Program-made: the position numbers and the translations under genes
The notes under the pieces: generated by a model
Databases searched by the model: none
What the model was told of the DNA's origin: nothing
The model's input: only the letters and a program-made list of their open reading frames with translations
Assembly: GCA_010093815.1 (NCBI GenBank)
Contig: ML996570.1
DNA: 64,000 nucleotides
Strand: one strand, 5' to 3'
Source of the DNA: Pseudovirgaria hyperparasitica
Taxonomy: Eukaryota
Shown: positions 1-13,058 of the stretch, piece by piece
Position numbering within the stretch: position 1 is the stretch's first letter
Layout: every line of letters begins with the position of its first letter

Positions 1-2079
1 ACAATCATCAAGCAGCAGCACGTCTGGAAGCGGGCAGCATACTCCTACGTATGCAAGCACAGTCAACGAAGAACATAAGCAAGGTGCTATCAAAGGTCAC
101 CGCCATGATTCTAGTACCAGTGTGGTCGAGTCCCTGGACTACCGCACTCAGTTGAAGAAGAACTTAGTGTTGCTGTTGAGTATGTACAGTTCTCCATTCC
201 TAGAGCTTCACTGATCGGCCAGGTGTTTATCTATGCAACTCTGATACATCAATTCTACTGGCCATGTTCCGTTCAGTCGCCTCTGAATACGACAAGATGG
301 ACCAAGCCAGCTGGATCATCAATAGCTACATCATAGGCCTCATTGTTGCACAGCCCATGGTATGCAGACCAAGAAACTACCTGGACCCTTGACTGATAGT
401 CAATAGTATGGGAAGCTTTCTGATATCTATGGCCGCAAAGGTCCTCTTCTCCTGGCCTATGTTTGCTACCTTATAGGCGCCATACTCGCGTACGTAAAAT
501 CCATTCTGAAGCGCGATTCTTCTCACATGTCATACATAGTGGAAGTGGTGTATCATTTACGGGAGTCCTGATAGGGCGCGCTATTGCGGGCGTTGGCAAT
601 AGTGGCATCTCTGTCCTCATCTCTACGCTCATTGTAGATCTGGTTCCTATGCAAGAGGTGGCTGTTTGGCGTAGCTATGTATACGCACTAAATATGGCAG
701 GTCGAGCCCTCGGACCCCCGATTGGAGGTCTTATTGCCGACAGGAGCAACTGGCGATGGTTTGTCTAGATAGACTTGACGCTCGTTCACACCACTGACCA
801 AGGCAGGGCTTTCCTCTATCAGACCCCGATCGTACTGCTCACTATCATCTTTGTTTGGTGGAAGATGGAGATCCCAAACGCTGCGAAGAAGATCGAAAAC
901 TACGCTGATGAGGACCGCTCGAGCTGGACCAAGAAGCTTAAGCGAATCGACTTTGGTGGATCTATAACCCTAGGCATTGCAAACATTGGGCTTGTGCTCT
1001 TTCTTGACGAGATCTCGAAAGATCTCAATCTGGCACAGAACACGCTTGCGATCGTTTCAATGGTGATATGGCTCGTTTTCTTGGTCGCTTTTGCAGTCTG
1101 CGAGGGTTTCATCGCCCATGAACCCGTATTGCCACTTCGACTGCTGATCAAGCGGAATGTTTTCGCTGCGTACATGATCCAATTCATGCAGACGGCAGCA
1201 CAAGTCGCTGTAAGTTTCTGAATGTTTCCAATATTTTGAACAAACTAATCGGCTCATAGCTATACACATCCATGCCTCTGTACTTCAGGGTGACGGTAGG
1301 AGACAGCACGACCAGAGTTGCCCTCCGTCTCGCCATAGTCACGGTTGGGACGATCGTAGGTGGACTCATCAGTGGATTCGTAATAAAGCGGTACGTATAG
1401 TCAATAAAGGCACTATAATAACCACGTCCTGACAGCTTGCAGAACTGGAAAGTACAAGCGGCTCATATTCGTCTCAGTTGTCATGTCCAATATTTCTTTG
1501 TTTGCCATCTATATTCGATGGCAGGGCAACACTGACTGGGCCGAGACGCTCTATGGATTTCCCGTTGGACTCGGCTTCGGCGTTTCTCTATCTGCTGCAT
1601 TTATCGGCTTGACCTTTCGCCTGGAGCCATCTCAGATTGCGATAGCAACATCTGGATTCTACCTCAGCGTCAACCTTGGTAGTCTGTTTGGAGTTAGCAT
1701 ATCCTCCCTCATAATCGTGTCGATAGTCAAGAAGAACTTGTATGCATCACTCAGTGGCTTTGATAATGCTACTGCAATCATCCAGAGTGTTGTAAGGAAC
1801 TTTGATGAGATCAATCGATTGCCTGGAAAGGTTCAACTGCTTGTCCAGCGCGCCTATATCGATAGCATGATTTCCGTTTGGCGTAAGTTCACACTGACAA
1901 CCTCGGCGACTCTTCTAAGAAATTTTCACTGACTACATTAAGTTTTTGCATTTATCTGTGGCATGCTCTCTCTTCTAGCCACTTTCTTAATGCAAGAGAC
2001 GTCGTCAAAGACAGAAGGGAAGAGACGTTCTAACAGAGACTACCGTACAATTGCTAGTGAGGAGGATGACGATATATAG
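1..2079 (+). CDS. MFS drug/amino-acid transporter (DHA2/Vba-like), 5' end outside the window, 8 exons visible
   Basis: Removing GT-AG introns 180-222, 360-406, 490-539, 759-806, 1210-1259, 1391-1442 and 1883-1942 gives a continuous hydrophobic frame. It contains MFS motif A (YGKLSDIYGRK), GRAIAGVG, LGPPIGG..WRW, RIDFGG and EPVLPLRLL. Stop TAG at 2077-2079. Confidence 0.9.
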
Positions 2080-2664
2080 ACTTTAAAATAGAAGGCAAAG
2101 TTTAGAGTGTACAGAGCATTTCACGATGTTGGAGTTACAATGTATGTATGTATGGGGGCTTGAGAAGATTCTGTAACTGGCACAATTACCAGATGTATGT
2201 AGTATGTAATGTATAGTATTTGTATCAATGTGGCGGCAAATTATATCTGTACAGGTTCCAAACATCGAAATTGTCAATATGACGGAGCCAGGTTCGTATG
2301 AGCCAGAAGAGATGGTGCATGATGCATTTGTGCCATGCATAATGCGTCATTTTCCCATAGCTAACAAAGGCTGGAACTGGGACCGAGATAATGCAGCCAT
2401 ATGCAGGTATATGTAACAAGGATTAATTGGCCGCACATCCCAACACGGCCGCGGTATATGTACCCCGCTCCATGGATCCTGGCTGTGCCAGCCAGTGGAC
2501 ATGGCGCTTCTGAAGATCATGAAGCTGTTGCGACTTCGGACGCATCATGATGCAGCTGTATTTGAAACTATGTTCGTTGCACGTGACACGATGATCGATC
2601 ATCAAGCTGCAGAAATAACATCGAACACCGTGTTTTGAGATACGATAGGCCATTCAGCGTGATC

Positions 2665-3586
2665 ATGTCAGCTACACACGAAACAACCACCACCACCACC
2701 ACCGTCTTTGACAAGTCAAAAGCCTATCTCCCATGGGAGATCAATGGCAAATTCGTATGTGCTTCTCCGTTCTGCTCCCTGGACCATCTCTTTGCCTTTC
2801 AGTGATAGGGAAATCTCATGCTAATATGTGAATTAGACCGCTGATGGCCGTGAAATCGCCCTCCTCGACTACATCTTCACACACTCCTCCCTACCCACGC
2901 TGCGCGGCAACCCTGCCGCAGTGCTCTCTGCAATTGACTCCTTCGCCCGCACGCAAACAGGCCTGATAAACATCGGCGAGACTAAAGGCGCCATCGTAAC
3001 CTCTCTGATCGCCCACCACCGGCCGTCCACGGTAGTGGAGCTAGGAGGCTACGTTGGGTACTCTGCAATCCTCTTCGGTGACGCAATGAGGCGCGCCGGG
3101 GGAAGCATGTACTACAGCGTGGAGAAAACCCCGTTGTTCGCAGCTGTTGCGACCATGTTGATAGATCTGGCTGGACTGCGAGATCACGTACGAGTGCTCA
3201 TTGGTACAGGGGCCGAAGGCGTACAGCGACTTGCTGACGAGAAACTGATAGAAGGTAGAATTGGGATGGCGTTTTTCGATCATCATAAGCCGAGCTACAC
3301 GGCAGACTTGAAACGTATGGAGAGTCTAGGAATGGTGGGCGCGGGTACGGTGTTGGTGGCGGATAATATGATATTGCCAGGAAATCCACGGTATGTGGAG
3401 TGGGTACGGGCCTGTGTTGATGAGAAGAAGAGGTTGCTGGGTATAGATCCAGGCAGTGAGTGGGAGGCAGAGAGGGGCTTTGGAAGAGCCGATCTAGTAT
3501 ACAGCAGTGAGTTCCTGAAGAGCTTTGAGCCCAGCGGGATGGAAGATGGAATAGAGATTACTACTTGTAAGGGGGTTGTGGCATAG
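2665..3586 (+). CDS. Catechol O-methyltransferase-like SAM-dependent methyltransferase
   Basis: ATG 2665, intron 2755-2836 (GTATGT...GCTAAT...TAG). Motifs FDKSKAY, DGREIALL, VVELGGYVGYSAILFG, FFDHHKPSY, VADN and DGIEIT are typical of fungal COMT-like proteins. Confidence 0.9.
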
Positions 3587-3838
3587 ACGCACACCATCTT
3601 CAATCTTCCTGCTACAAGTAATCATGTGGGGAGCCTATGATAGATAGAACGGTAATCTCTAGGCACAAATCAACATTGTCGATGGTCTGTAACCAGGTTT
3701 ATCCTCGAAGCTGAGTTGTCTGATCCTGCAGAGACAGAAATTCATCCCTGACTTGGCTACTGTTAAATCCATGAAGTGGACTAAATATCGTACACAGATT
3801 CTGAATGGTTTAAGAAGACCCATGACAGCAGCCATGTC

Positions 3839-4790
3839 TTATTCCAGAAACCACGGATGTGTCCATGCTTCATTTGCAATGATGCACTCGTGTGAACCTA
3901 GTCTCATCATCTTTAACGCCGACTCTATGAAGGCCTCATTATGAATATCTGGTCATTTTTCGGATACTTCAAGTGATTTCTTCCTGTCAAAGGGCATGCA
4001 AGATCTCGTTCCTATCAAGAGTTCAGCGTATACAGTAAGCGTTTCGAGATTCTCTTCCTTTCTGCAATACGATACATTGCGCTCAAGGCACATGATACTA
4101 AGGGGCATACCATGAGAAACGTTGATGTGAATCTCATCATCGCACATGCCTAGTGTATATGCACTGCCGGTGTCAGCTAGTAACCCCTATTGCACGGGAC
4201 TCCCCTTACTATCGCTCCAAACGAAGACACATCAGCCGGTATGCTCAGCTTATCGTGTGAGATAGCTTCAGGACTAAGCCAGCTGTGGTTTTCTTTGACC
4301 AAACCTTTCTCAATAAGAGGTGCGTAGCGGGCGTCTTCATTGTCGATGACTTGTACTCGCTTCATGGCGATACAGTCGATCATTGTTATCTTGTACGGTT
4401 TGACGTCGAAAGATATTAGCACTGCGGTTTGTGATTTCGAGTCACTCACGCGCCCAAATGAGCTACATTGTGGCGATGCAAGTCGGGGAGACACCTTTCA
4501 AGGCATGTTTGGCAATAATCTTTCGGTCCTGCTCTCGCCTACCTATGCTGCTTCCACGACACTTCTCTCAGAGGACGAAGTCCGTACTCGCCTGTGTCCC
4601 CTTACACACAGATATTGATCTTAGTATCTACACCCGAGATTGTATTCAGAAGCGGGTTTGAAGAGGTCTGGAAAGCAAGCAATTCATGTCAGCCTCAGAA
4701 GAGTTATGAATCTTGGAAAGGAAGTCGAATTCGAATTCGATGATGTTTGCCAGGACAGTAACATCCCGTGGTAACGCCTGAACCATGCTT
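3839..4790 (-). pseudogene. Decayed Ser/Thr protein kinase
   Basis: Kinase subdomains occur in the correct order but in different frames: KIIAKHALKG / DLHRHNVAHL (VIa-VIb), a relic intron (GTGAGT...GCTAAT...TCG), DVKPYKI, VQVIDNEDA (VII-like), WLSPEA..PADVSSFG (VIII-IX) and KMMRLGSHECIIANEAWTHPWFLE* (XI). Frameshifts and stops are present; the 5' limit is approximate. Confidence 0.8.
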
Positions 4791-5034
4791 CAAGATGCTG
4801 ACCTCCTCGACAGACTCTGCTCGGAGCCTACCATGCCAGACCTATGCCAGGCTTCCACAGAAGCCGCAAGATCATTATGCAGCGCCATGCTATCTATGCA
4901 TATACTTACACGTGCAATCATAAGCTCGCCGAACGTGATGCTACGTAGGAAATTGAACTTTGCGCCGTACCCCGCCATGCAATGCTTTGCAATTATTTTG
5001 TATATCTGCTCATCACGTGTCGCAAACCTGTGTC

Positions 5035-8000
5035 TCAAGAAACAAAAGTCCCAGCATTATCGATGAGATGAACTGGCTCCTCCTCCCTCCCCCCAGTATC
5101 CATGCCATCCGCCTCGATCTGCTTCACACTCTCTTGTGGCAAATGATGACTATGCAGCTCTGTATCCTCACCTCGACCCATGCTCTCAAGCAAAGCATCA
5201 AAATCTTGTGCTACATGCACCTTTTTACTGCTGACGTTCTCGCATTGTGATACATCCGTATTTGCCACGGGGGGTACTCTCTCCTTGTCGTCTGTTTCAA
5301 CATGAACAACACTACGACCCGTGCTTTCTTGATTGTCCATTATGAAAGTGTGATCTAAACTCCATGTGATCGCAGAATCGCCTCCATGGAAGTCCTCGTA
5401 CAGTTTGAAGTATTCTGGCCCATCACTGCTCGGCATGAGCATATCAGAACTGAATGCAGCATCAGTGTCCATGTTGGCGGGCCAGTCACTCTCCATGTAA
5501 TCAGCGAACAAGTCTTCTGACAGGCCGGTCGTCGGATGCTCTGGATCGGTGAAATACCACAAGTCATTGTTTCGGGATGGCGTTGACCTTATATCAGTGA
5601 GAATGGCATTAATGTTGTCGCTCATGCATATGCTTCCTCTGCGTACGCTCCGCCGCGATGGTGTCGCAAGCTGCAAGTCTAGAGCGGCGATTTTGGAATT
5701 GGAAGCCGGCGCCTTAGGACTAAGATGAGTGAGTGGATTGCGAGAGCGACGCGACGGCGTGGTAGGTGTCCAGTTTTTGGAAGCTGAAGATACTGCTGAT
5801 CGAACCCGTGGTTGGCTTTTGGGCGTCTTGAAAATGTCCGAAAAGTTGTCACCATCTCCGAATAGATCGCCCAGGCCGTCATCATTGTTCGCCGGTGCGC
5901 AATTCTCTTTATCGCTGTCCGCAATATCAGATTCTGAAGGGGTAGGAGCAACAGTGGTAGGAGCATCTGTAGCATAAACAGAGGTAGGTGAAGCAAACTT
6001 TTGCGGCGATACACCATCGCCGAGTGCCTTAAACTCGCCCATCTTGCGCGGTGAAGGAAACAAACTCCGACGGACTGGCTTGGGAGTCAGGTCAGACTCG
6101 AGTACGATAGGGCTTTGTTGTGAGCCGATGTGTCTCGCCGGGCTCGATTGGATGGCTCTCTGCAAAGCAGCTGCAGCGACGTCTCCCGCCCATTGTGTGC
6201 GTTGGAGCTTTTCAGATCTTTCTGTCCCTATACTCGCTGCTCGAGGCCGTTTTTGAATCAATTCTGCAGGCGGTTCTGGCATGGTTGGGCATATATCTTC
6301 TGTCACATTATTGCCAGTGTGCAAGGCCGGCTGCGGCTCCTGGGACAGCTCGAAAGTCAGGCCAGACTGATTGTCTTTTGATTGCAATTTTCTTGGTCGA
6401 GGTTTGGATGGAGCTTTGGATTTCGGCTTCTTGGTCCGCTGATCAACCCACCGTTCTGGTGGTCGCATATTACCATACTTATCAAACCATAGTCCACAGG
6501 GATTGCAGAGGGATACCAACTCTACGTGTCCTTGGTCCATCTCGAACTGAGTGGGCCTTTTCTTATAGACTCTATATTCGGTGGAAGGAGCGGTGGGATC
6601 TTCTTTCAGGATAACTTCGACGCCCACGACGCCACCTTCTTCGAAAAAGTTCTTGGTCAGCGTTACATTATTTGGTGTGCCTTGATAGACAGCAGTGTAC
6701 GCTCTACGCCAGGTACTCGTTTGTATTTCCCCGCAATTGCCGCAATACCTTGGCACTTCACCCGTTGCTAGACATTCCTCGAGGTGCTTTCCAAGGATTT
6801 TCTTGCGAGTCGCCCCTAGACTGCGAAGTGACTTCGCAGTTGATTTAGACTGGGCCGGTTTGGCTGAGGAAATCGAGCCGGCGTCGGAACCTTGAGATAT
6901 GGTAGATTTCCGTGCATTCTGAGACGGAACTGTAGGCTCGGCTAAGCCGGATGCTACAGAGCCGTTTTCACTTATGGAATGCTTTGAATCAGTAGCTCGC
7001 TGATCCGAACTCGGAGTGGACTGTGGTGGTAGCTGCGCATAAGGTGAAGTGTAGGTTCCGGGCTTCTGAGGCTGTGGAACCACGGACGGTACGGTTGCAG
7101 GGCCTTTAGATGATGCTTTAGAAGGTGCTTTAGGGGGTGCAGGTCGGCCCATGGGGTTCTGCCGAGGTCGATTCAGGTTCTGTGTGTACCTCATTGTAGT
7201 CGGTAATGCTGACGCTGGGCCAGGCATTACAGCCATCCATGGCTGATGTTGATTTCGGTACTCAACAGGAGGCCATGGCCGAGCTATTGGCACGCTCGGA
7301 TCTTTAGTTTCGTCTAGAATGTTCGTCACATGCTGATGATACAAAGGTTTTACTACTTTGACCGGGCCTTCTGAGTCCACATTGCAATCGCTTACGAAAC
7401 CTGAGTCAACGGGGCAAGGTTTTGCTGGAAGCTGTGGACTTGACGGAGGCGGAGTGTCGTTGTCATACCGGATCTCAGGTGGAGATGAAGGAAAGTCCAT
7501 TGGTGTCTCTGAAATAATGCTCCCTGCATCATCCGGTCCATCAGTGCCAATTTCGGAACCCTCTCGATTTGATGATGCGAAACTAGCTTGACGGAGCAAA
7601 CTAGTACCATTAGACAAGCGCCGCCGTACAGGCTCAGGTATGTTCCCGGGTCTTGGTGTTGGTACTCTCGGGGGAGGTTCTACAGACTGATGGACCGGCT
7701 GCCCGGCACCTAGAGGAGTCGGGCGATACACTCGAACTGAGTTAGCGGTACTGGCCGTCTGTAGAAGAGAGTCTGAATTCACTCCGAACGCAGATTTACT
7801 TCGTGATTTTACTTTTGTCGTGTGTACACGTTTCTTCACAGGTGGCTCATCTTGTGCGTCGGACATGGTAGCTGATTCGAAAGAGTCCATCCTGCCTTGA
7901 GCTGGACGTTCACTTCGATTCGAGCCGCGGGAGTCTGGTCTTGACATGGCATCCAAGCCTTGCTGAAAAGTAGATGATGAGTGATAGCTTGGGGCTGGGC

Positions 8001-8957
8001 TCGGTCCACGGCTCGTTTGGCTGGTAAATTGGTTTGGCGTATACGAATCTTGCTGGAAAGGACTTGGGCCATCGGAGAATGAATTCTGGCGAAGGAGTTG
8101 ATGGACCGATTCTATGTCTCTCGAGTTATCCCTTTGCGAAGCTGGCCGAGTTTGCGGTAGTGGCGAAGATCCGCGTATAAATTGTTGACTGACATCGCCA
8201 CCAGAGGTCTCTCTCATGAACATAGGTAGCGAGCTGGTGTCATATTTGCCCAAATGAACCTGGCTCAAACTACGGTACGTTTCCATGTTGTCCACATATT
8301 CCTTTTGTACCAGTGCAGGGACCGGCACCAGCTTCAGTTTGACGTCCAGTGTCTCACGAGGGCCCTTCGTGAAGGCTGCCATGGCCGTCTTGCAGACACG
8401 GCCCGTAACCATCGTTTTTGACTCATGTGCCGGTGCATTTGAATTTGGTGATATAGCTGCGAGTACCCATGATAGCATTCCTTGCCCAACAAGAGGTGTA
8501 TCGAGCTCAGAGTAATCGTATGCGTACACTGTGTAGTCGTGGCTGTTGAGTTTTCCGACTAGCTCCGGGCTGAAGGAGAAAGAAAATATGATTAGCAACA
8601 TTCCAATTATGTTTTTGTTAAGATCGATACCGTATGTGAGATAGAACCATCATACCTGCGCTGCATAATGGCTTGAATACAAGTTCTAAGCTCAATCAGA
8701 CCAACATGAACTAGATCATCCATTTGGACTGTCGGTATATTCATTGGATGTGGTAATCGAGCAAGACAATTGATGTTATTGTTCTCGTCAAACGAGTAGT
8801 TGACTTTGACTACGCAAATAAGCAATCAGCACAAGTCAAACTCATTGTAGGTCCGGACTGTCAAACCTTGCATCAGTCGTCTGGGTATTTCGGGATCATC
8901 TTCATCTGGACCCGCGACATTATGCATCGCCACGGGTGAGGAGCCCGCTGAGGACAT
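5035..8957 (-). CDS. ams2: Ams2-like GATA-type transcription factor (Ams2/SPT21 N-terminal domain plus atypical GATA finger)
   Basis: ATG 8957; introns 8866-8810 and 8655-8570. The N-terminus VKVNYSFD..NCLAR...SPELV..DYTVYAYDYSE.DTPLVGQGMLSWVL matches the Ams2/SPT21 N-terminal pattern. Zinc finger CGNCGEIQTSTWRR...LCNPCGLWF. Confidence 0.85.
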
Positions 8958-9618
8958 GATGAGCAAAGCGCAAGCCCTGTCACAGCAGACGGGCTTTGCA
9001 GAGAAGTGGTGTTGCTCTAGAAAAGGGCCACGGACGTGGTTTGAAGTGTTGACGCGACCGTGTATCCGAAGGCTGGGATGACCATAGCGGGCCCAAGCGC
9101 GTAGATCGGCGATGCAAATGGACTTATTCGAGAACGCTTGGAGGCGTCGTAGCGACCCTGAGAAACCGAAAGTAGTATCACTGGAGCTTTGCGTTGTGTA
9201 AGAATCTACAAGTTCCGCAGGTAGAGGTATTGAAGATGTTGTTTGTTGTAGTTGTACTTACACCGTGACGCTTCAAAGGTCGGTCCGCGTTATTAGGGAG
9301 CTAGATTTAACGAGGAATAGCGTCCGCGCTAGGGGAATTACACGCTAACAACTCTTCTTAGTAACCAACTACAGATCGTATGGCCCGAATATCGGCCGAA
9401 ATCAACAGCAAAGCTTCGAATTCGAAGAACACACAACAGCGCTTTCGCAACAGCGCCGTACCTTGTCGAACCTTTATACTTTTCCACGACAGTCAAGCCG
9501 CCCTGGGACTTCTGCTCAAGCCTCTGAGTCATACACTTACGCCCACCCGGTATCAACCACCTTACAAGCACTTCCGACTGGCCTTCTACGAACACTATAC
9601 CTCCCACCACCGTCCGCC

Positions 9619-10192
9619 ATGGCCGATCCTAAGATTCAGTCTGTCATACCCTGTTTTTGCTTTGTCCTATCTTTCAGCGCTAATAAGAGGCACCAGAGAA
9701 CTCATGAACAAGCCCCGCGCTGAGCTCACGTACGTATAACCCGGTCGCTTGCTTGTGATACACAACTTGACGCACGACGACGAATATCTCATTATGCTCC
9801 GAGCATCCACGTCATCAAACAATGCGACCCAACGCCGTCTTTTCAAGCGCAGACACATACCTATGGCAATATATACTAATGTTTCTAATAGGGAGTATGA
9901 GATTTCTGCGCTCGAAGAACATGAATTTACCTCCGGTCCGCTGTCCATCCTCCAAACCGCCGTCCGATCACACACCCAGGTCCTAATATCATGCCGCAAC
10001 AATCGCAAGCTCCTCGCACGTGTCAAGGCTTTTGATCGTCACTGTAATATGGTACTTGAAAATGTGAAAGAAATGTGGACAGAGACGCCGCGCAATGCAC
10101 AGGGAAAGAAGGGTAGACCAGTGAACAAGGACCGCTTCGTCAGCAAAATGTTTCTGCGCGGCGACAGCGTCATCTTGGTGTTGTTGAGTTAG
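9619..10192 (+). CDS. SMD2: Small nuclear ribonucleoprotein Sm D2
   Basis: ATG 9619, introns 9639-9696 and 9730-9891. Spliced protein [64 protein letters not shown]...[12 protein letters not shown]. Confidence 0.97.
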
Positions 10193-10498
10193 TGGTCTTC
10201 GGCTTGACGGGGATTGGCATCGTAGGTCACGATAGTCCAACACAGTGTATGGGTGTCAACAGGAAATCAGTGGGGGTAGACCGACCGGTACGTTTTCCAC
10301 ACAAAGATAGTACTATGAGGCTGAATATATCGTTCAAAGTCACTGCGCAGACTCACCTTGTCTTTTTCATTCGCGAGGCCTCACGATCGCGCCTGTTCGA
10401 GAGCTTTCCTATTCACTGTTGGTTCCGGTCCTTTGAATCATCGATATATCTGCAACCCTGATCGAAGGTACGCCATTCATCTCAAGCACCGATTTTCT

Positions 10499-12495
10499 TC
10501 ACTGCGCCATACCGTCGGCTAGTCCTTCGAAAAACTCAGCCAATCCGTGCGCACCCGGGTCAGGCACATGCTGGACACCATCGCCTCCGACATAGACAGT
10601 TCTGCCTAAACTTGCCTTCATGCCCTTGGTTCTCGCGGCACCCTCCCTGGCCTTTTCTGCTGCATTTGTCACATTGCCACTGCTCTTCATCTCCTCGACG
10701 AAAGGCCATAGCGCATCTATCAAAGTCCTGTCACCTGGCCGAGCTGGTGTATATTTTTCTAGCGTTTTCGATGCTCCCGCTAGCACCGCCGCCCAGTCTC
10801 TGGGTTCGATCGAACGTGATACCTTCTCACTTGCAGAGAGTTCCAATAGCGCTGCCGCTGCGGCATTAAGATAGATCGTATACAATGCACCCGAGGTTCC
10901 ATCGATTTTCTTCACTCCCTCAATGACCAACGAGAGCAACAGATATGGGTCCGATAACTTGTCCTTCTTCGCTTTCTCGACCTTTTCCAGTACTTTAGAT
11001 GCACCGAACGATAAGACATGGCCGCAATCTCCGTCGCCGACGATAGTGTCGTAATTGGTAATGTCATGCTCCGCAGCTTTGAGTCGATTCAGTGCACTCG
11101 TGAGCGCTTTACGAACAAGCGTCGGATCGGCTGAATCTGTTTAGCATTCTAGCTAGGCAGAAGTATCGTAAGAACCTACTTGTGAAATTGCTCGGTTGCA
11201 AATCATCGTCCTCGTCCGGATCCTGATCAAAGACGGCTTGCGGTCTTTCATCCCATATTCTACTGCGTACTCCACTGGACCATCCTGCTGCCTCGACTGG
11301 TACATCCAGAAGGTCCAACATCTCCTTGCCTTCTCCAAGCCCTGTTTCCTGCACCCGCAGTAGCGTAATGCTGAAGCCCAGCCCATTCAGGCTTGTCATG
11401 AACGTCCCTGTGATGACTCGTACTGGTCGAATGTCCCACGTCGTGTCCAGCTGCTGACAGACCTCATCTGTGATGCCGCCCAACTCAAGAACGCTCACAC
11501 CACCTAGATTGTTGATAAACAGCACAACTTTATCATCCTTTGTAATATCCAAGAAGTTCCGATCCGTATCTTTACTCAACAAATGATCAAGCATACGCCC
11601 GATCAACCCCGGAAGGCCTTGCAGATGACGCTCTGACTTTGGTTGTTCCAACGCATCGCCCATAGCCCACGTCTCCGAGCCCTCCTCATTGTGGATCCCC
11701 ATCCCAATCTCAACATGCACCTCCGCATCCTTAGAATCTTCTTCTGCATCATCGCGTCCAGGGACATGCACGTGTGATAGTGACGCGCCAATCGAGATGA
11801 TATTCTCTGCAACGCGCTTCGCAACAGCGTATGTGTCCTCTAAGCTCGCGCTATACTTCGTCAGCACAGATTCTCTCTCTCTACTTGTCAGCCATCAGCA
11901 GGAAAACTCACCCCATCCCCGCTACCGCCCCGGCACACTTAACAACCAAACACGTCCCCGCAATGCCCCTCCTGCCAACCTTCCCACCTTTCTCCCTCCC
12001 AACGCCCACATCATCTCCTACCACAACCATCTCAGTCCTCACGCCTTCCTTCCTCGCCTCCTGCTCCGCACGCCCGAAATTTAGCACGTCGCCTGTGTAG
12101 TTCATCACTATGACAAGCACGCCCGCGCTCCTTTCGATTCTCCCGAGGATGCATTTGCGCACAGCATCCGCATTGGGTGAGGCGAAGATAGAGCCTGCGA
12201 CCGAGGCGGTCAGAAGCGAGGGCCCAACGAAGCCCGCGAACGAGGGCTCATGGCCGGAGCCGCCCCCTGAGATGAGGGAGACAAGTGGCTTGCTGGAGGT
12301 GGGATATGGCCGTTGATAGATGATGCCGTTGGTACTATCGTGGGCGACATGTGGGTTGGCGCGGGCGATGGCGCGAAGGGCGCTCTCTACAAGCTTTGCT
12401 GGCTCGTTGAGGAAATGCTTTGCTGTGATGGGTAAGCTCAAGTGCGATAGTGTGTAGTAGCTTAGATGCAGTAGCTTGCACTTACTGGACGACAT
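10499..12495 (-). CDS. DAK1: Dihydroxyacetone kinase (DhaK+DhaL fusion)
   Basis: Introns 12485-12423, 11911-11851 and 11179-11131. Motifs ISGGGSGHEP, MNYTGDVLNFG, GRRGIAGT, EIGMGIHNE, VGDGDCG, GTSGALY, GDRTLIDAL and PDPGA. Confidence 0.95.
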
Positions 12496-13058
12496 TCTCA
12501 GAATCGTGATGTTACAGATATAGGATGAAGCCTAAGCCTATATGGCCACATGAAGTATGAACAGGAACACTGTACCAGACCTTAAGCTCTTATGCACAAT
12601 TGCAGAATACAGCAAGCAAGACAGGACCCCGCATCTGCATCTGAATCATGCGTGAGGGGTCATTCATTTGCCTAGGTCGCCCACTCACTGTGCTAGAAGG
12701 ATGCCTTTATCCGCAAGAGATCTTATAATGGTTGTGCATCGAAAATGGGCGCGTCGCAGACGCTGTTACAGCCCTCAAAGGCAGTTTGTAGAGCAGACCA
12801 GAGCAAAAGAATTGTAACATTCGTAAGTACCTAGGCTACCAAGTGGTTGTATGCCTGGCTGCCTTGATGCCTCAATATGACGCCTGAACAACATGAAAAC
12901 CCGATACACCACCATGTCATGACTTCGTAAACGCTATGAGCAATCCCATACAACAAAACTGCAAGACACAACAACCGACGCCTTTTTGATCGCTCGGTAA
13001 CAACAATGTGTGTACAGGAAGAAGTCCAAACAAGAAAGACATCGATCGACCTGAAAGC

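Noticed and set aside
1..3586. MFS transporter plus methyltransferase as a secondary-metabolite cluster
   Set aside because: No backbone enzyme (PKS/NRPS/terpene cyclase) in the window and the downstream genes are housekeeping. A cluster upstream of position 1 cannot be excluded.
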